This document shows positions 59,995 through 64,000 of a stretch of DNA of 64,000 nucleotides, piece after piece. The stretch lies in the NCBI GenBank assembly GCA_963666115.2, contig CAXXET010000006.1:128001-192000 (forward strand), given 5' to 3'. Numbering within the stretch: the first letter of the stretch is position 1; every line of letters starts with the position of its first letter. This stretch comes from Dehalococcoidia bacterium (lineage in GTDB: Bacteria > Chloroflexota > Dehalococcoidia > UBA6926). Made by a program: the position numbers and the translations under genes. The notes under the pieces are model-generated. The model worked only from the letters and a program-made list of their open reading frames with translations. It searched no databases and was not told where the DNA came from.

Positions 59995-60615
59995 GTGACA
60001 TCGCAGCCTGAGCAACGGGGCGGCCAGGCGGAATCCGTAACCCGCCTGACCGAGTTGTTGAGCCGACTGCCCGGCATCGGGCCGCGCAGCGCGCAGCGGC
60101 TCGCCTACCACGTGATCCGCGCTCCCAGGGAGGAGACGCGGGAGCTGGCGGAGGCGCTGCTGGGAGTCATCGAGACGGTCACGTTCTGCTCGGTGTGCCA
60201 GAACGTGACGCAGACGGACCCGTGCGCGCGGTGCGCGCTTCCGGCGGAGGACCAGTCGATCATCTGCGTGGTGGAGGAGCCGCTGGACGTTGTCGCGATC
60301 GAGCGGAGCGGGGCGTTCAAGGGACGGTATCACGTTCTGCACGGGCTGTTGTCGCCGATGGACGGGGTGACGCCGGAGAATCTTCGCATCCGTGAACTTA
60401 TCGAGCGGCTGAGGGACAACACGGTCACGGAGGTGATCATCGCCACGAATCCGTCGATGGAAGGGGAGGTGACGGCGATGTACGTGCAGGGGCTGATCAC
60501 GCCACTGGGGGTGCGGGTGACGAGGCTGGCGCGGGGGCTGCCGTCGGGGTCGGATTTGGAGTTTGCGGACGCGGTGACGGTGGCACGGGCTTTGGAGGGT
60601 AGGCAGGAGTTTTAG
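59995..60615 (+). CDS. recR: Recombination mediator RecR
   Basis: LPGIGPRSAQRL, C4 zinc finger, YHVLHG, ATNPSMEGE. Confidence 0.96.
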   Translation: MTSQPEQRGGQAESVTRLTELLSRLPGIGPRSAQRLAYHVIRAPREETRELAEALLGVIETVTFCSVCQNVTQTDPCARCALPAEDQSIICVVEEPLDVVAIERSGAFKGRYHVLHGLLSPMDGVTPENLRIRELIERLRDNTVTEVIIATNPSMEGEVTAMYVQGLITPLGVRVTRLARGLPSGSDLEFADAVTVARALEGRQEF

Positions 60616-60806
60616 GGGGCTTGAGAACGTCAACGCTCTGCGAGCATTGTAAGCAAGTGGAGTGCGGAAGAGCGCCAAAATTCCCTGAGGACGAGATGCC
60701 ACTATGCCGCTTGACGCACTTCTGTACAATCGATACAAATGGAACTGTCCAGCGCCATTTGCGGGAGTAAGCCGAGGACGCGGAAGGAGTCTTGAGGAAG
60801 AAAGCC

Positions 60807-61097
60807 ATGCTTTTCCATGTAAGCCCCAAAATAGTCATTGAGCACGATTCCGGCAGGAAATACGAATGGATGGCATCTGTCCCAGGCACGAGCTTCCGCG
60901 TGTATGCCACCACCGAAAAGTCGGCTGAAAAGAGGCTCGTGAGGGCAATCAAGCTAGGATTGAATGCCCTCCACACTGCCGGTGGCCCTGAGGGAGTCAA
61001 GATGTATCTTGACCAACACTCCATCCCTTATCTTACCGAAGGTAATCTTGTAACCGTCAGAATTGGTCGTGGCAAGGAGTTGGAGCGTGCCCGCTAG
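60807..61097 (+). CDS. HicB-like antitoxin (divergent)
   Basis: VIEHDS..WMASVPG...YATTEKSA..L..AI matches the HicB N-terminal pattern; low GC. Confidence 0.55.
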   Translation: MLFHVSPKIVIEHDSGRKYEWMASVPGTSFRVYATTEKSAEKRLVRAIKLGLNALHTAGGPEGVKMYLDQHSIPYLTEGNLVTVRIGRGKELERAR

Positions 61098-61341
61098 GTC
61101 ATATCCAGAGAACTCTATCCGCACGGTGTTGCTCTTGATGGGATACGGCGTGGCCTATGATGATGAAATAGAAGTATTCGTTCATCCCGGCACGCCAGGC
61201 CGCATGATTCACTTTGACTTTAGAAATGGCCGAATTAGCGAGGAGGACCTGCGCGCAACCTTTGCGTCAGAGGGTATTGATTCTACGCCGTTCTTTCACT
61301 ACCTAACATCTGAGTCCCTTCTGGATAGCATAGACGACTGA
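61087..61341 (+). CDS. HicA-like small protein (degenerate)
   Basis: LLLMGY..F.HP..LRATF..EGI..F; 11-nt overlap with the upstream gene; lacks GSH. Confidence 0.45.
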   Translation: MPARSYPENSIRTVLLLMGYGVAYDDEIEVFVHPGTPGRMIHFDFRNGRISEEDLRATFASEGIDSTPFFHYLTSESLLDSIDD

Positions 61342-61562
61342 CCCCGCGCCAGTTCTGGCAGCGCGCCGCTCACTTCCATCGTTCCTCTCAGTCTGAACGT
61401 CGCCCCATTAGAGTGCGCAGCTCCTGTTGCACGCTCATTCTGCTAGGGGCAGGAATGGCGGGTGGCGGGGACATCCGGATGACAGCGGGGTGTCCGGCGG
61501 GGGTATTCTTGTCTCAGGTGGATGTTTTTGAGGCGTCGTAAGAGGGTGAGGAGGGGGTGATC

Positions 61563-62399
61563 ATGGCGGATGTTTTGTATGAGAAGAATCCCGAGCAGCA
61601 TTATGCCGTTTTCATGCTGAATCGGCCTGACCGGTTGAATGCTATCGGCGGGCGGTTGATGGCGGAGCTCTTGGAGGCGTTGGAGGATTTTTCAAATGAT
61701 CCTGAGATGCGCGTGGGGATTGTGACGGGGGCGGGCAGGGCGTTCTGCGCGGGGGCGGATATGCGCGAGGGGGCCGACCGCGACGCGGCGACGAAGGCGC
61801 TTGCCGCGCGGCGGGACGCGGGTGAGATCACGGAGGATGAGTACAAAGCGGAGGCTGCCGCGCTTGCGCCGTCCGCGCCCGTCAAGTTCGACCTGTTTTC
61901 GCCGAATCCCAAGCCGTTCATCGCGGCCATCAACGGCCTTGCAGTCGGCGGCGGGATGCACTTCGTGATGGACTGCGATATCCGGATCGCGTCGTCGGAA
62001 TCGTATCTCGGATTGCCTGAGCCGAAGAGAGGCATCGCGGCAAGCTACGGGAGCCAGTATTTGGGGCGGATGATCGCGCCCGGGGAGGCGATGTTCTACC
62101 TGCTGACGGCGGAGAACATCCCGATCGACGAGGCGCATCGGATCGGGCTGGTGCATGAAGTCGTCGAACCGGAGAAGCTCATGGGGCGAGCGGTGGAGAT
62201 TGCGGAACTCATCGCGCGGAACGCTCCGCTGGCGGTTCGCGCATCCAAGGCGATGGCGCTCTTTCAACGGCGGAACGATGAGGACGATTTGAAGGAGTAT
62301 TCCGAACCAATCAGCGCGGAGGTCATGGCGTCCGATGACGTCGTTGAGGGGCGGCGGGCATTCGTTGAGAAGCGGCCGCCGCAGTGGACCGGGTCATAG
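61563..62399 (+). CDS. Enoyl-CoA hydratase/isomerase family protein
   Basis: LNRPDRLNA, AFCAGAD, KPFIAAING.AVGGG, EGRRAFVEKRPP. Confidence 0.92.
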   Translation: MADVLYEKNPEQHYAVFMLNRPDRLNAIGGRLMAELLEALEDFSNDPEMRVGIVTGAGRAFCAGADMREGADRDAATKALAARRDAGEITEDEYKAEAAALAPSAPVKFDLFSPNPKPFIAAINGLAVGGGMHFVMDCDIRIASSESYLGLPEPKRGIAASYGSQYLGRMIAPGEAMFYLLTAENIPIDEAHRIGLVHEVVEPEKLMGRAVEIAELIARNAPLAVRASKAMALFQRRNDEDDLKEYSEPISAEVMASDDVVEGRRAFVEKRPPQWTGS

Positions 62400-62420
62400 G
62401 CGGGTCACAGGCGCGGGCAC

Positions 62421-63227
62421 ATGATCTCCGGACGGCCTCCCTCCACGCTGGCGCAGTCCACTCTCTACCGGGCGGACGCCGTCGTTCTGCGGCACAGCGA
62501 CCTGGGGGAGGCGGACCGTGTGCTGACGCTGTTCACGGCAGAGCACGGCAAGCTGCGGGCGACTGCGCGGGGGGCGCGCAAGCCGAAGAGCAGGCTGGGC
62601 GGGCACCTGGAGCCGCTGACGCGGGCATCGGTGCAGATTGCGCGGGGCAGGACGCTGGACGTGGTGACGCAGGCGCAGGCGGTGGAGGTGTTCCAGGCGG
62701 CGAGGGGGGATTTTTTGACGCTGCTGCACGGGCTGCACATGGCGGAACTGGTGGACAGGTTCACGCAGGAGCAGGAGCCGCAGGAGGAGTTATTCGCGCT
62801 GCTGCTGGAGGGGCTGCGGCGGCTGGATGCCGGGCAGCGGGCAGATTCGCTGGCGCGCGCGTTTGAGGCGCAGGTGTTGAACTGGGCGGGGTTCCAGCCT
62901 GCGCTGGACCGCTGCACATCCTGCGACGCCGACGCGGACGGGTCTCACGGGCAACTTGCGTTCAGCGCGCAGCTTGGGGGGCTGCTGTGTTCGTCGTGCG
63001 CATCGTCGCAGCCGGGGTGGACGCGCATCATCCCGCGAGAGACGGCGCGCGATTTGCAAGCATTGCAGCGGGAGGGGCTGGACGGGGCGGCGTCAGTGTC
63101 CACGGATGAGGGGGAGGCGGCGGAACTGGAGGCGCTGCTGCGATGGTATCTGCGCTATATCCTGGAGGTTCCGCTGGATACGGCGGGTGTTATCGACCGC
63201 GTTCGGGCGGCATCGGGAGGGCGCTAG
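62421..63227 (+). CDS. recO: DNA repair protein RecO
   Basis: VLR..DLGEADR.L.LFT..HGK..ARGARKPKSR, CxxC..CxxC. Confidence 0.93.
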   Translation: MISGRPPSTLAQSTLYRADAVVLRHSDLGEADRVLTLFTAEHGKLRATARGARKPKSRLGGHLEPLTRASVQIARGRTLDVVTQAQAVEVFQAARGDFLTLLHGLHMAELVDRFTQEQEPQEELFALLLEGLRRLDAGQRADSLARAFEAQVLNWAGFQPALDRCTSCDADADGSHGQLAFSAQLGGLLCSSCASSQPGWTRIIPRETARDLQALQREGLDGAASVSTDEGEAAELEALLRWYLRYILEVPLDTAGVIDRVRAASGGR

Positions 63228-63718
63228 TCCCGTTCGTTTCGGCGGCGTTCGCCGATGGTGACGGTTCCGTAGCTGAGCGATTTTATCACGCGGGCGATGA
63301 TGATTTGGACGGGGATCAGGCCGACGAGGGCGACGAGGCCCATGAGCTGGAGTTGACCGAAGGAGGGGCCTTCGGGGGGCGGCTCGGCGCCGCCCGCAGC
63401 GGCAGAGCAGCTTATGCCCAGCAGGATCAGCCCAAACATCTGGATGACGCCGACGACGAGTCTCAGCGCCTGGAGTCCCTTGATGCCCAAGTCCCTGCCG
63501 CGCCATGGGCTGAGGCGTTGAGCAGCGGGCGGCCTGAGGGCGTTTTCCTCCTGGCATTCCGGGCAGGTGTAGATTGCGGCAGTGAGGGGGTCGCCGCACG
63601 TGTTGCAGCGTCCGGCGTTGGCCTCCCGGCCGGTGATGATGACGCGGCAGGAGGGGCAGCGCGGCGTTACCTCATAGCCGCATGAGCGGCACATCCAGGT
63701 TCGTTTTTCCGTAGCCAT
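63224..63718 (-). CDS. Double zinc-ribbon membrane protein
   Basis: CRSC, CPSC, CNTC, CPEC followed by two TM segments. Confidence 0.65.
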   Translation of the reverse strand: MATEKRTWMCRSCGYEVTPRCPSCRVIITGREANAGRCNTCGDPLTAAIYTCPECQEENALRPPAAQRLSPWRGRDLGIKGLQALRLVVGVIQMFGLILLGISCSAAAGGAEPPPEGPSFGQLQLMGLVALVGLIPVQIIIARVIKSLSYGTVTIGERRRNERD

Positions 63719-63740
63719 CGGACTAAGCGGTTTGCGGCGT

Positions 63741-64000
63741 CTAGCGCGCGGCGGGCGGGAACTCCACCCAGGTTTCGGTGGTGAGGGTCTGGGCGACGAG
63801 CTTGCCCGTCTCTTCCTGTGCGATCGTGCCTTCGACGATTGCGAAGCGGCTGCCCTTGTTGACGACGTTGGCCTGCGCCGTGAGGACGCCGGGCTGGCCG
63901 GGGCGGATGAAGTTGAGCTTCATCTCGATTGTGGCGTGGAGTTCATTGGGGGCGAGGAGGCTGTCCACGGCGTGGTGGATGCAGAAGTCCATGAGGGCCA
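63741..64000 (-). CDS. PaaI family thioesterase (5' part outside window)
   Basis: LMDF..ATIEMKLNFIRP..G.L.A.A.VV.KGSR hot-dog fold pattern. Confidence 0.8.
   Translation of the reverse strand, partial: ALMDFCIHHAVDSLLAPNELHATIEMKLNFIRPGQPGVLTAQANVVNKGSRFAIVEGTIAQEETGKLVAQTLTTETWVEFPPAAR

Noticed and set aside
61400-61450. Imperfect hairpin after the HicA-like gene as an antitoxin RNA
   Set aside because: Single weak stem with no repeats or recognisable family

Overview
High-GC bacterial chromosome segment. The gene content suggests Chloroflexota (Dehalococcoidia/SAR202-like); this is an inference. Housekeeping genes (pstSCA with an inserted arsC, polA, trxA-trxB-tRNA-Sec, nadE-iscS, dgt-dnaG-rpoD, purQ, cmk, ybeY-dnaX-ybaB-recR, recO) are interleaved with accessory loci. 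The main accessory loci are: (i) a tandem array of five orphan family-5 ABC solute-binding lipoproteins with cloned promoters, individual terminators and mosaic sequences; (ii) three paralogous large lipoproteins built from a ~39-aa W-x-x-D-G repeat, two ending in an HExxH gluzincin domain and one stopping where the motif would be; (iii) a split Mo-hydroxylase; (iv) an IS5-family element inserted exactly into the loop of a REP-like palindrome; (v) several REP-like families, some supplying stop codons or in-frame peptides to genes; (vi) a degenerate low-GC HicB-HicA-like pair. Strand G/C bias flips near the middle of the window regardless of gene orientation. All calls come from motif recognition by eye; no searches were run.
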